Positions 11,171 to 22,400 of a DNA stretch of 64,000 bases are shown piece after piece; positions within the stretch are counted from its first letter, which is position 1, and each line of letters opens with the position of its first letter. Under the pieces are notes generated by a model, which saw only the letters and a list, made by a program, of their open reading frames with translations, made no database searches and was not told the origin of the DNA. A program made the translations under genes and the position numbers. The stretch is taken from assembly GCA_963575745.1 (NCBI GenBank), contig CAUYUJ010000315.1, positions 1 to 64,000 of the forward strand. The letters are read 5' to 3'. The DNA is from Prorocentrum cordatum (Eukaryota).

Positions 11171-12800
11171 TCAACATTCGGTAGCCGGCGCAAGACCATG
11201 CCTACCTGTTAATGCACATTGATTCGTGTTTCGTAGGTGTGCGCTCATGCTCTCACGACTGACATACTTGGTTAATGCATCAGCTGTGTTCTCATGTGTT
11301 CCTACTTTCACAATACGAAGTACTCCCTCCTTTACCTTTTGCTGTAACCACAGTTGACACACTTCAATATGTCTCACTTTCCCCAAACCTCGTCTGCTCG
11401 CAATGGCAATCGCAGCCGTGGCATCACTCTTCAGGGTGATCTCAGCTTCCAGGTTAAAATCTCTCAGCACTGCCTGAAGTCCTAGACCAACCGATCCTCC
11501 TTTTACAAGTCCATCATATTCTGCTTCCCCTGACGATAATGCAATCACACTTTGAGTTGTGCTCCAAGACTTTATAAGATGTTTACCCCACATCACTACT
11601 CCTCCACTCGTAGACTTCCTAGTTCGCTTACATCCTGCGAAATCCGTGTCAGTCCAAATCGTTAATTCTCGGGGCTGTTCCTGATATTGGTACACATAAC
11701 TGCTTCTGCTGTGGTACTTTAAATACTTTCCTAGCTTGACCAGACCTTTCCAAGAACCCATTGTTGGCTTTGACATGGTTCTAGCAAGCTCCTTTACTGA
11801 ATACTGTATGTCTGATCTGTCTTGAGCTAAATAATTCGCTCTGGCCGTCAATGCCTGATACCTCTTAGTCATGTTGGACGAAAGTTCCACCTCATCTCCC
11901 TCTTCAACTGGAATACGCTCACCTGGTACCTCAGTCCTCACTTCTACTCCCTCTAACTCAAGCTCTTTCACAATTATCTCTGCATGCCTTTGATCTGCCT
12001 CATATCTTAACCCTTCCTCAGTCCATTCTACTATCCTGTTAAGAATCCTGATCGCTTTCATGTCCTCCTTTCCTGGTCCAAGTCGTCCTCTCACTTTTAC
12101 TTCAAACTCCTCCTTTATTGTATTTTCAAACCAATCGAGATCATGGTCACCTCCTAATAGCGCGAAGTCATCCCCATGAACCGTCAACCATAAGGCTCGA
12201 ATCTCATGTTTGAATACGCGCGGTGACGCAACTCCACTCTTAAACCCAACCTCGATAGCAAAGTCCATGTAACAGTCTTCCCAATTGCTCGCTGCGTCCC
12301 TTTTTCCGTACATTGACTTTAATAGTTTTCCGCACATGCCTGGTTCATAATCCTCGTCTGGTAATCTGATGAATATGTCTTCCTTTGCCGGAGCGTAAAA
12401 GTAAGCTCGTTTAGTGTCAATGAATGCCAGCTTTAATCCTTTCTCGCGCTCGCCATTCGTGAATCCAACTCCTTCGGTAACTGCCATTGAAAAAAAGCAG
12501 TTTCTGTGCCTCCAGTGGAGGTGTAGCCGCAAATATATTCTTTTCCTTGGAATTGTATTTAACCTGCTGAGCCACTAGCCTTGACCTATGGTCTGGGCTT
12601 GACTCATCTCCTTTGTTAATGTCTATCCACCTGGTTCCGATGGGTGCCTTCCCCGTAACTTGCCAGCACACTTCCTCTTTCACTTTCTCGTACACCTTGT
12701 GTTTTCTGAATTGTTCCATTTCTTCTTGGCGTGCTGTTACAGTCTGTTTAGGATCAAGTTCGTTTCCAGTAACATCGTCCCAGGCTTGAGTTATCTCTCC
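11171..12800 (-). pseudogene. pol: Copia reverse transcriptase plus RNase H (frameshift at ~12490 in a T run)
   Basis: RWIDINKG..RSRLVAQ, DTKRAYF, KSMYG, VHGDDF (RT); WTDTDFAGC..RKSTSGG, LSSGEAEY, ADALTK (copia RNase H). Confidence 0.95.
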
Positions 12801-13314
12801 ATTTTCCTCGTGAACAACGTTGGTCATATTCATGGGGAGAGGGTTAACTGTACCAATTCTTTCACACGCCGCACAGGTGCTGGGCGTCTTGAACCAGCCT
12901 TCATGTTCACATGCACTGCATTTCCACTTGTGTGGAGCAATCTCGCCAACAGCCTCATACGTAAAGGTGGTGGAAGTGTTAACTGGTCCCTTCTTGAACA
13001 TTCTCCTTCTCTCTCTCCCTGTGGTTTCGTTCACGGGCCTGTCCTCGATAACCTTCCCCGTGTCTATGTCAACGGTAAGTCTCCTAATGCATGAACTCCA
13101 TTGTGGTCCATTTGGTCCTGGCAGCATCAATCTTTGAGTTCCATAATCCTTTCTCGTCCACGTTAGCTGGTGTTTGTGCTTTCTATCTTCGTTCGCACGT
13201 TCACATGCCCAGTTAGTCTCGCTTATCTGCATTTCACTTTGCTCCTCTTCGTCAACTTCCATGTTTGTTGCTTCTTCTTCTTTAAACGTACCCCCTTGGC
13301 GTCCGTCAATCTTC

Positions 13315-13975
13315 ATTTGTCGCGCAAGCCCTCTCAGTATCGCTCGGCACAATTTGTCTGGGTAAACTTCTGATCTGTGAGTTCTTCCGCCACCTGTTAA
13401 CTCCATGTGTCGATGTTGCCCTTTGCATCTCCAACTTAACTCGCGACCTATGGCCGGACTGTTTGTCATGAACTTGGTCGGTTTCTTAATGAACATCTCT
13501 TCACCTTTGACCATCTGCTTTAAGTCGTAACAGCACAAATCTCCATTGTAGACTTTAACATCTTTGTTCCTGAGCAACCGTTGCACTGTTGAAGTACCCC
13601 AACTGGTCGCCCCCGCGGGGTGTTCAAATAGAAAGTATAAACCATTTCGCCGTTGAATTTCGCAAAGCTCCATTGCGAACGTCAAATGCTTGATCCCGTA
13701 ATCCAATATTTGTTTTACTCGGTCAGTGCCTAATCTTTTAAAGTTGAACGTCTGAAGTCTGCTGAAAGCTGCGCACATGGGGCTCACCACCAGTAACAGG
13801 GCTGCTTTGGATTTGACGATCTTCTTCGCTTTCGCTCGCATAGCTGGCACATTAAAGTCCCATGGGTTACCATGTTGATCACGTGTTGTTAAGTCCATCG
13901 CTAACCCCAGTATCAGTCCCATGTTCTCTGCCATTCCTGTAACTCTCACCGGCGAATATGCCTCGGTCACGTGCG
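13315..13975 (-). CDS. C5 cytosine DNA methyltransferase domain inside copia pol (part of ORF 12417-14384)
   Basis: Motifs in order: I-like EAYSP, IV SPMC (catalytic Cys), VI FEHP, VIII-like DLCCYDL..KKPT, X-like YPDKLCRAI. Parallels the DIRS DNMT at 35858-36605. Confidence 0.8.
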
Positions 13976-14409
13976 CCTGAGTTTCATGTTGACTAGCTCC
14001 ATAAAGCTTGGTGGCTCTCCTCACCTCGTTCAATTGACGCACGACGTTCAATTCCCCGCTTGTCAACCATTCAACCAGCTCAGAGTTAAATCCCACCATG
14101 CTAAGCCCCGATCTGATATCGTTCACTTCTGACATTTCTTCATCTTGTTCCGGATTAAGTTGACGATGTTGAGTTGCCTGTTGATCTTCTTCGTCATGAT
14201 CACCCTCTGCTTTTCGTTTGATGGGTTCACTTGGGGGGTCTTTCATTTCTTCATCTTCCACTTCAAACTCGGTCCATCCGGTCCAGTAACCGTTCAAGGG
14301 GTTTCCCATGGCCCATGTTTGGTCATCTCCCTCTTCACCATACCAAGCGTCTTCGTGCTCATGTATCTCACCACTGTCAATCATGATGGCATGGGTAAAT
14401 CTTCTGGGT

Positions 14410-16041
14410 TTAAGTTTGTCCCAATCTACAGGACATCCACCATTGGTGGGAAAAGCTAACTCTTTTCTTGGTCTCCGGTGTTGACATATAACTTTGTTTC
14501 CTTTTTACTACCCACTCATCCTTTGCTTCCTCAACTTTAGCGCTCGGCGGAGGTGGCGCGTTGGTCCTCAGTCTTTTCGCTTGACTTTCTAATTCTTGAT
14601 TTTGATTTTCCGGCGCACGGCTTTTACTTTCGAGTCTCAGTTGGGCAGATGCTAGCCTTGCCTGGATGTTTGGGCTCTCTTGTTTCTTTAACCACTCGAT
14701 AACCCGAGTCCTGCAATCAGCGTTATGTGGTTTGTGCTCTTTGTCTCCTCTAACGAGACATTTGCATCCGTAACATCCCGGCGTCGGTCCCATTTTTAAA
14801 TATTCATGCTTCTTTACAGCGATTCCTCGTGCAATAAGCGGCTTCGTCTCAGGTGCAGTTAACTCTTGCTCTGGAAAATCCATGGGTACCATGATTCTAG
14901 ACTGTAATTCCATTCCCGCCGTACTGGGGTCAGGCTGCCAAGGTAAGCCCTTCATCTCGGTGATCTCGACAATGTTCCATCTTTCCGCCTCACTTCCTTT
15001 TCGCTTAAACTCGTGCGCCTTGATTGCTCCATTTGGTGTCCCAATAATCAACTCCTGACTCTTCTCGTTTATCCCCAAAAACACTCCACTTTCCCATCTC
15101 ATTTCAAGCTTCTCGCGGCCCTTGTGTGCAGGCGTCTTTAAGTACATGACGCATTCGCCAAATTCAGGAATTTGCTTATTAAACTTTCTTCCCCTGCACC
15201 TCTCATGGGCTGTCTTCCCATCTGTGTCTATCGTGAACTTGTTAATCAGAGAAGACGCATAGCTCACCAGCCATGGTATTATCGGGTGACTCTCACCAAA
15301 CTCAGTCTTATAATTGGCATCCAAGGCGCTCTTTAACGTTCTGACTTGACCCTGCACCGTCCTGACAGCCCTCTCGATTTCACCGTTGGCCTTTGAGTCA
15401 CCTACTGGACTGACTTCAACACCCATGTCAAGGTCACGCGACGCTTTAATTATGTTGGCCAGTGCTGTGATTGCCGCTTCTCCATCACTTTTGAGTATAA
15501 CCTTCTTATATCCGGTAAACCTGATCATGTCACATCCCACCTTTACTGAGTATGAGTCCACTCCTTTTTTCATCAACGCTCTGCTCCATGTTAATTTGGT
15601 CTCCCTGCAATGCATGACCACAATTGGGTTGCCATTGCTGGCACTTTCACCTTCTTCCTTTTTTCCCTTAAGCCACATATAGTCCATTGAAATCACTGGC
15701 ACGTTTCCGTTCCCTTCTCTTTTGCGTCTACGGCGATTGCGCCTGCGTGCTTTTCCTCTAACACAATGCGGGCACCAGCTTCGGTAAGGTAAATGCGTCG
15801 TGTTATGCGTCTCAACTTCCTCCTTTGAGGGCCTCATGTCACAGTAAACTTTCTTCGGTAGCTCCGCTTCATCGCTCACAAATACATCTTCCACATCACT
15901 CAACTCACTCTCGTTGCCCCCACTTTCACTCCCTTCGTCTCCTTCGGTATTAAAGACGTTTAAGTTTTCGCTTGGTCTTACGGGTAATGGGGGGCTTAGT
16001 AGAACAGGTCCGCCTCCAGGGTTCCCGGCCGCGGAAAACCC
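14410..16041 (-). CDS. pol: Copia integrase (entered by predicted -1 frameshift; frameshift lesion near 14450 downstream)
   Basis: HNTTHLPYRSWCPHC zinc-binding motif and DDE core MDY / KSDGE / NGEIERAV. The frame opens exactly at GGGTTTT (16035-16041). Confidence 0.93.
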   Translation of the reverse strand, partial: GFSAAGNPGGGPVLLSPPLPVRPSENLNVFNTEGDEGSESGGNESELSDVEDVFVSDEAELPKKVYCDMRPSKEEVETHNTTHLPYRSWCPHCVRGKARRRNRRRRKREGNGNVPVISMDYMWLKGKKEEGESASNGNPIVVMHCRETKLTWSRALMKKGVDSYSVKVGCDMIRFTGYKKVILKSDGEAAITALANIIKASRDLDMGVEVSPVGDSKANGEIERAVRTVQGQVRTLKSALDANYKTEFGESHPIIPWLVSYASSLINKFTIDTDGKTAHERCRGRKFNKQIPEFGECVMYLKTPAHKGREKLEMRWESGVFLGINEKSQELIIGTPNGAIKAHEFKRKGSEAERWNIVEITEMKGLPWQPDPSTAGMELQSRIMVPMDFPEQELTAPETKPLIARGIAVKKHEYLKMGPTPGCYGCKCLVRGDKEHKPHNADCRTRVIEWLKKQESPNIQARLASAQLRLESKSRAPENQNQELESQAKRLRTNAPPPPSAKVEEAKDEWVVKRKQSYMSTPETKKRVSFSHQWWMSCRLGQT

Positions 16042-16475
16042 TCAGCTGCGTTCACTTCACTCCTGGGATTGACAGCTTCCGCTGGCCCCCTCGGCACTGT
16101 GATGTTGAACTGAAACGTGCCGTTCTTCTCGTGGATAGTTGTGAATTTACCTGTGGCCTTATTCATGATGTGGCTCAGGGACCTCCCGCTAAGATCCTTG
16201 TCAAACACAACTCTATTTCCAGCGTTTACCATTTCTCTGACGGATCCCAGAACTTTGTTGACTTCCGCTACCTGGATCGGCATACTGACTGCGTTCCCAT
16301 GTTCATTTTTGCCCGTGATCACTCGTTGACCATAATTCTTTATCGTTGTCCCAGTCGCTGCGCTGCAATGCCTTCCCTGCTTTGACGCATTCGTATGCTT
16401 AATGGGGAAATGGGTGCCAACCTTGGGGGGTCCCACTGTATTATACGCCCCAGAGTCCACGGTAACCAGAGTCCA
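15996..16475 (-). CDS. Copia aspartic protease
   Basis: TLVTVDSGA active-site motif and downstream VLGSV..MVNAGNRVVFD. Separated from the gag frame by an apparent 1-nt lesion near 16475. Confidence 0.9.
   Translation of the reverse strand, partial: WTLVTVDSGAYNTVGPPKVGTHFPIKHTNASKQGRHCSAATGTTIKNYGQRVITGKNEHGNAVSMPIQVAEVNKVLGSVREMVNAGNRVVFDKDLSGRSLSHIMNKATGKFTTIHEKNGTFQFNITVPRGPAEAVNPRSEVNAAEGFPRPGTLEADLFY
16035..16041 (-). promoter_or_regulatory. Predicted -1 ribosomal frameshift site G_GGT_TTT with downstream stem-loop
   Basis: X_XXY_YYZ heptamer in phase with PR. The -1 frame has TGA immediately upstream and runs without a stop into integrase. Hairpin CCGGG-AAC-CCTGG begins 6 nt downstream. 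Confidence 0.8.
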
Positions 16476-18592
16476 CTCAGTGGCGGCACCGCGTTAATTT
16501 CTGGATCACAGTCCCGCATCTCAATTAGCCCAATTTCTCTGCATTTCTCTAGCCAACTTTTTTCCTGTTTTATGCTTTTACTTATCCTCTGGTCCCATTG
16601 ACTCACATGATTACAATCTCCGTTGCATTGATGCTCCTGGTAAATTCTTTTCAGACTCATCGCAGTGTTACGCGCCTTTTTCTTTCTGGCATATGAGGGC
16701 AGATCCCATTGCCCGTTCACCTCCTCAGTTGTGAGTGGGTCCAGTGGCACGTTCACTGCGTCCTTCATCTTAACGCTGAGAACATGTTGCGGTTGGCCGA
16801 ACGAGGTGGTTTGTTCACTTTCAGCGTTCATGGTAGGTCTCTCCTGTTCAACTTCGTTGGCGGTCTTCTTGGAGCCCGGGCAGTTAATGGCGATGTGCCC
16901 TTTGGCACCGCACTTGTAACACTCGCGCTCGCTATGGGGGGTGAATTTTCCTTGGCCTCCATAACTTCCACCCCACGAGCCACTTCCTTTACCACCTTAT
17001 TCACCGCCGATCTTACCTTTCACGTAGGATCCGTAGGTGGCCCGGTAACCCTTGCCTTTTCCGCCTTTGCCACCTTTACCTCCTTTGGTAAACTGTTTGG
17101 GTCTTGTGCAATTTCTGGCTAAATGACCCATGCCTCCACAATTGTAACATTTGGGGCCCGCGCCTTTACCTTTGCCTTTGTTTACGGCGTCAACTTCTTC
17201 ATGGTCCCCACTGTCACTCTCATTGGCCCAGGACCCGTAACTCCACGATCCATCTTCTGGCCACCAGTTTCCGCCCTCGTCAACCCATCCTGTTTGGTCC
17301 CAAACATTTTCGGACCCTTGACCCATCTCGTTGATGTTCCCAATGCCCATCGCATCTTTATTTGTTGTGTCTGAGTCGAGTTTCTTTTTACGCGCCCAGT
17401 CTTCGCACTTGGAGTATAACTTCTGGAATGAGTCAATGTTAAGCGCGTCGGGCGTTCGCCAGCACGCCTGCTGCCATTCATCAAACCAATCGTTCGCATG
17501 CACCATTATTGCCCTGAGTGCGGTGACTTTAAAAGGAAGAGGCAGCGAGTAATCTTTACCGTGCTTTTCAAGGTTTTCTGCCAATGCGCTCCACTCCTCA
17601 AGTCGGGTAACGGTGTCAATAATCTTCTTGGGCGGCTCAGGGTTCATGGCGTGCGTCATCTTTGATGACAGAGTCGCTCCAGTAACAGCCGAGTACCATG
17701 TGTATACCTTTTGCCAAGCCATGATTCCATCTCCATCCATAAGTCCCTTTAAATTTCCTCTTGCTTCTGCACCTTCGAGCTTCTCGTTGAGAATGTACCA
17801 TAAGTCTTCCTCCATTTGAGTTTTGTCTCCCTCGGTAAACTCGTACTCTCCTTTGTTGTCATCCTCTGCTTGTTTAGCTGAATTCGCCTTCAAGTATTCG
17901 CTTGCTGTTAATCGGCCGTTCATTATACGTATGATGTCATCATCGTCCTCCTCTGGTACAACTCCGTCGAGCGTCTCCAACTTCTTGTTTAGCATTTTCA
18001 GCGCCGGTCGGTAACTCGGTTTTACTTGGGCCAGTGCGTTTAAGAACTTGTCGTTCCAGTCTCTGAACTTTGCTCTTTCTCCACTGAAGTTCTTTAACGC
18101 CTGTAATGCCTTATATTCGCTTATCGGTTTACCGCTCCCGTGCTTGCTTCCACTTCCTCCTTTAATTGCTTCCGAAAGCTGACCAAATGTTTCAATCAAC
18201 TTTTCTTGTACCTCACTGTTGGTCTCCAACTCGGTGACTCTTTCCACCAGTCTGCGAGCATCCCTTTCAAGTGCAGCATTTCTTTTCGTAATCGCTAACA
18301 ACACGCTGTTGGTCTTATGAGCACTCTGTAACATTTGGAATGCCTCGGCGTTCGATACCTCCCTTCGGTCCTGTGTCACTCGCTCGTTGATGAACGTTGC
18401 GAGTCCGAAATGGTTCGCGAGTAACGCTGTCTGAACATAACTGAAGTCTCCGTTCAGGTATGCCTGCTCACACAGGTCGTTGAAGCGGTTAGGGTCCATG
18501 TTGACCCATGCGTCTCTGTCTGCCGGCACATTGAGGTTAACCGGCGGGTCGCCCTGCCCAGGCCTAGCTGCAGCGGCCGCCGCCGCCGCCAT
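16476..18592 (-). pseudogene. gag: Copia gag with two CCHC zinc knuckles (in-frame TAA at 16997-16999)
   Basis: ATG 22 nt after the 5' LTR. CYNCGGMGHLARNC precedes the TAA and CYKCGAKGHIAINC follows it in frame. ORF 16340-16831 is in the same frame. Confidence 0.9.
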
Positions 18593-18595
18593 GGC

Positions 18596-18613
18596 AACCG
18601 CGCTCCGCTACCA
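18596..18613 (-). other. Primer-binding site, initiator tRNA-Met type
   Basis: TGGTAGCGGAGCGCGGTT directly abuts the 5' LTR and resembles the canonical TGGTAGCAGAG iMet PBS. Confidence 0.85.
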
Positions 18614-18788
18614 TGCAAAACCCCGAGGAGGGTTCTGCACGGGAGCCTGGTAACAATGATGATGATCGGTCACCTTTATACTTCCGCACGGCGAAGCAAG
18701 TCTCAGTAGCTTCAGCCGTTAAACACTTGAGCCAAAGGCAACAGGGTTACTATTCCTCCCCAGTCACCTGAACGCTTGCATGTTAACA
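18614..18788 (-). repeat. 5' LTR of copia element
   Basis: Direct repeat of 8066-8240 with TG...CA termini. Confidence 0.97.
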
Positions 18789-19338
18789 CCTCCTCCTCCT
18801 CCTCCTCCTCCTCCTCCTCCTCCTCCTCCTCCTCCTCCTCCTCCTCCTCCTCCCCCTCCTCCCCCTCCCCCTTGGCTGAAGCTGGATCGACCCTCCTCCC
18901 CCGGCCTCCGACCCCCCCCCCGCCGGGGGCCTCGGCCTCGGCGCCCCCCGCTGGCGCCCCGACGCCCCGGCCCTCCTGCCCTGCCCGGCCTCGGCTCTCG
19001 GGCCGCAGCTCGGCCCCTCCGGCGGCCGAGCTGCGGCCCGAAGGCCGGGCACCGCTGCAGCGCTCTCGACGAGGGGCCGCCGATGGGAGCCACCGGACCC
19101 AATCTCTCTGCTGCCTTTTTCGAGCTGGCCCGATCGGTGGTAGTCCTGGGGCCCAAACCGGGCGAACGCGCCCAGCGTGGAAAAGATGGAACGCCCCAGG
19201 TCTCAGGGCTCCCCTCCGCCTCGCTCCTCGCTCCTCGCTCCTCGCTCTCCTCCTCCCCCTCCTCCCCTCCTCCCCCTCCCCCCTCCTCCTCCTCCTCCTC
19301 CTCCTCCTCCTCCTCCTCCTCCTCCTCCTCCTCCTCCT

Positions 19339-19352
19339 CCTGAATTACAGGT

Positions 19353-19384
<32 letters not shown>

Positions 19385-20480
19385 CCCAGACATGATGGCG
19401 TCGTAACAAAAATCAGGGCGGAAGGTTTTTCGCTACGCCGTCCTGAAAAAATCAGGACGTCGCATGTCTGGGGAGGCGTCCTCGTCGGGCGGCCCCGCCC
19501 GCGCTCGGCGCGCCCGTCCCCCCCCCAGCTCCCCCTGGCTTCAGGCCGGGGCGGCGGGGCCGGACAGGCGGGGCGCTCGGGATGCAGAACCACCCCCCGC
19601 CCCGGGCCCCGAAAGCTCCCGAAGGCTTCCGCAGGGTTTCTGAGACTTTCGACCATCTCCCCCCCCCCCCGAGTCTGTCCCCCCCCCCTACGGCCGGGAG
19701 CTTTTGCTTCGCGTGGGGTGGCGGCGGCCTGGCGACACGCTACGCCCTGCGAGCGGCCATGCGTGTCACGCCGCTGCGCGGGGTGGGATGGTCGGAACGG
19801 CTCGGGACGTTGGCTCTCGGGGGCCGCGACGTGGATAGCGTGTCGCGCCGAACCATGGTGGGCCAGAACCGGCGGAGCCACACGCAAATCCAAAGTTCCA
19901 AACCGTCACGTTGCCCCAGGGCCGCTTTTCCATCCCGTATCCAAACCGTCACGTTGCCCCAGGGCCGGTTTTCCATCCCGTATCCTTTTTTTGGCGGTCC
20001 CGGGGCCTAGCGCCTGGCGAGGCGGAGACCGAAAATGACCCAAAGCTGCCCGTCGTGATTTCTTCAAGACGTGACCACGTCTGGGGACCTCGGCCACAAG
20101 CAAGAGTGACCCCAGGCAGGGGTGACCTTGGGCGCGCGACTTCCGGGGGGCCCAAGGGGTGCCAAACCCGAGCGCGGACGCCGCTGCTGCCGCACCGCAT
20201 TCGGCCATCTGGGGACCTCAGTGGGCCCGCACAGCAGGTCACGCGGGCGAAAGGTCCCCAGACATGCGACGTCCTGATTTTTTCAGGACGGCGTCCCTGG
20301 AAGTCCCGACCCTTTTCCCGGGGCCGGTTTTTCGTCCTGAGTCGTTTTCTGACGGTCCCGAGGCCCGGCGAAGGCCCCCAGGGGCCGAAAGTAGCGAAAA
20401 ACCTATAAAAACCTCCCGTCCTGATTTTTTTGACGACGCCATCATGTCTGGGTCTCTCTCTCTCGCACCTGCAGTTCAGG
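19339..20480. mobile_element. Non-autonomous inverted-repeat element (family C), ~1.14 kb
   Basis: CCTGAATTACAGGTGCGAGA..(GA)n..CCCAGACATGATGGCGTCG at left is the reverse complement of 20410-20480. A second inverted pair lies at 19436-19473 / 20257-20293. No credible ORF. Confidence 0.7.
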
Positions 20481-20849
20481 GCCGCCCCGAACGGTGCCCC
20501 GGACCTCGGCGCCGCTCGCGGGCGACCCGATGCTGGCGGCGGCCGCCGGCGCGCCCTCGGCGCCGGGCGCGGCGGCGCGCGGGCTCCGCCCTGAGGAGGA
20601 GGAGGAGGAGGAGGAGGAGGGGGAGGAGGAGGAGGAGGTGGAGGAGGAGGAGGAGGGGAGGAGGAGGAGGAGGTGGAGGAGGAGAGGAGGAGGAGGATGC
20701 AGGTGGAGGAGGAGGAGGAGGAGGTGGAGGAGGTGGAGGAGGGGAGGGGGAGGAGGAAGGGGAGGGGGAGGGGGAGGAGGAGGAGGCGGAGGGGAAGGAG
20801 GAGGAATGGGAAGGGCGCCCTGCGGCAATTTGACCAACTCTCGTAACAC

Positions 20850-21440
20850 CATTATTTGTTCGTCCTCTCTTCCTCCACTCCTTTCTTTATGACCAAAGCT
20901 CTTCCCTGTCGCACCCCGAAGCTGGTCGGAAAGGCGGAGAACTGAGAACAGCCTCGCACATGGAGGGCGGGTGGTTTTCAAAATGCGGCTCTCGATTCAG
21001 CGCCGCGCAAGCTTCAACTTTGTAAGAGTTTCACGGGCTGAGGGCGGGTCGTTTTCAAAATGTGGTTTTCGCCGCGCACATTCGTCTTAAACATGTGCAA
21101 GAGTTTCACGGACTGAGGGCGGGTCGTTTTCAAAATGTGATGTTCGCCTTTGCGCCGCGCACATTCGTTTTAAAACATTGCAAGAGCTTCACGGATTGAC
21201 GGCGGGCGATGTTCAAAATGTGGCTGCCGCCTAACGCCGCGCACATGTGTCTTAAACATGTGCCAGAGCTTCACGGATTAAGGGCGGCTCCTTAAAAAAA
21301 ATGCGGCTCTCGCCTTAGCGCCTATGAGCTGGTTCTCCTCCTCCTCCTCCTCCGCCTCCTCCTCCTCTTCCTCCTTCTCCTCCATTCCTTTTCCTTATAG
21401 ATAACTCGTCCCTGTCGCACCCCGAAGCCGGTCGAAAGGG
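20850..21440 (-). repeat. Dispersed repeat family A, partial inverted copies
   Basis: Reverse-complement subunits GAGGGCGGGTCGTTTTCAAAATGTG...GCGCCGCGCAC, with end motif CCTGTCGCACCC at ~20905 and ~21412. Confidence 0.8.
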
Positions 21441-22212
21441 CGGTCCGCGCGTTTCGTCTACGTACAACAGCAAATCAACGAATGCTCGCGGCGCTGAGGC
21501 GAAAGCCCCATTTTGAAAACGACCAGCGCTCAGACCCAAACACTGCTGCAAGATTGGAGGAGGCGGAGGAGGAGGAGGAGGAGGAGGAGAATGGGGAGGA
21601 GGAGGAGGGGGAGGAGGAGGGGGAGGAGGAGGGGGAGGAGGAGGAGGAGGAGGAGGAGGAGGAGCCCCTTCCCGCCTTCCTCCGTCGTGCTGCTCCTTCC
21701 GCCTCCTCCTCCCCCTCCTCCCTCCTTGTCCTCCTGTTGCTCCTCCTCGTGTCGCCCGCCTCTCGGTCGGTCTTCCTCCTCCTCCTCCTCTGCGGCCGCA
21801 CCCCCTCCTCCCCGTCGGAGGTTGGCGATCCAAATGGAACAGAGAGCCCCCCACCGGGAAAAATCGGTTCATGTCGCCCGCCTCTTGGTCAATCTTCCTC
21901 CTCCTCCTCTGCGGCCGCACCCCCTCCACCCCGTCGGAGGTTGGCGATCGAAGTGGAACAGAGAGCCCCCCACCGGGAGAAATCGGTTTCGGTTTCGGGC
22001 TCGCGTCGTGCGTGCGGGCGAGGCGAAGCTGCGTGGGTGGGCGAGGGGAACGGCTCCGCTGTTGCCAGGACGGGGCGAACCGATTGCCCGAACCTCCCCT
22101 GGTGGGCGGGCGGTGGCCGGGTTGTCCCGCCGTCGCTGTCCCGTCGCTGTCCCGTCGATGTCCCGTCGGTGTCGCGTCACTGTCGCGTCGCTGTCCCGTC
22201 GGTGTCCCGTAG

Positions 22213-22400
22213 TGAGATCGATAGTAATATCGACAGTAAGATCGAGAATGAGACCGACATTGAGGTCGATAGTGGGATCGAACGTGAGATCGATAATGCA
22301 ATCGATAGCGTGATCGATAGTGCGATCGATGGTAAGATCGATCGTGAAATCGATAGCGATTAATAGCGAGATCGATAGTGATATCGATAGTGAGATCGAT
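22213..22400. repeat. 12-bp minisatellite, consensus TGAGATCGATAG (~15 units)
   Basis: Visible 12-nt periodicity with a conserved TCGA core. Confidence 0.85.

Larger units (their letters stand above)
8066..18788 (-). mobile_element. Ty1/copia LTR retrotransposon carrying a C5 DNA methyltransferase domain and an extra 3' ORF
   Basis: Two 175-bp TG...CA LTRs with 1 mismatch, CCTCC on both flanks (consistent with a 5-bp TSD), PBS, PPT, and domain order gag-PR-IN-(DNMT)-RT-RNH (integrase before RT defines copia). Confidence 0.97.

Noticed and set aside
21751..21990. ~120-bp tandem duplication (also ~40-bp duplications at 19898-19985 and 23025-23104)
   Set aside because: Simple two-copy local duplications with no evidence of function.
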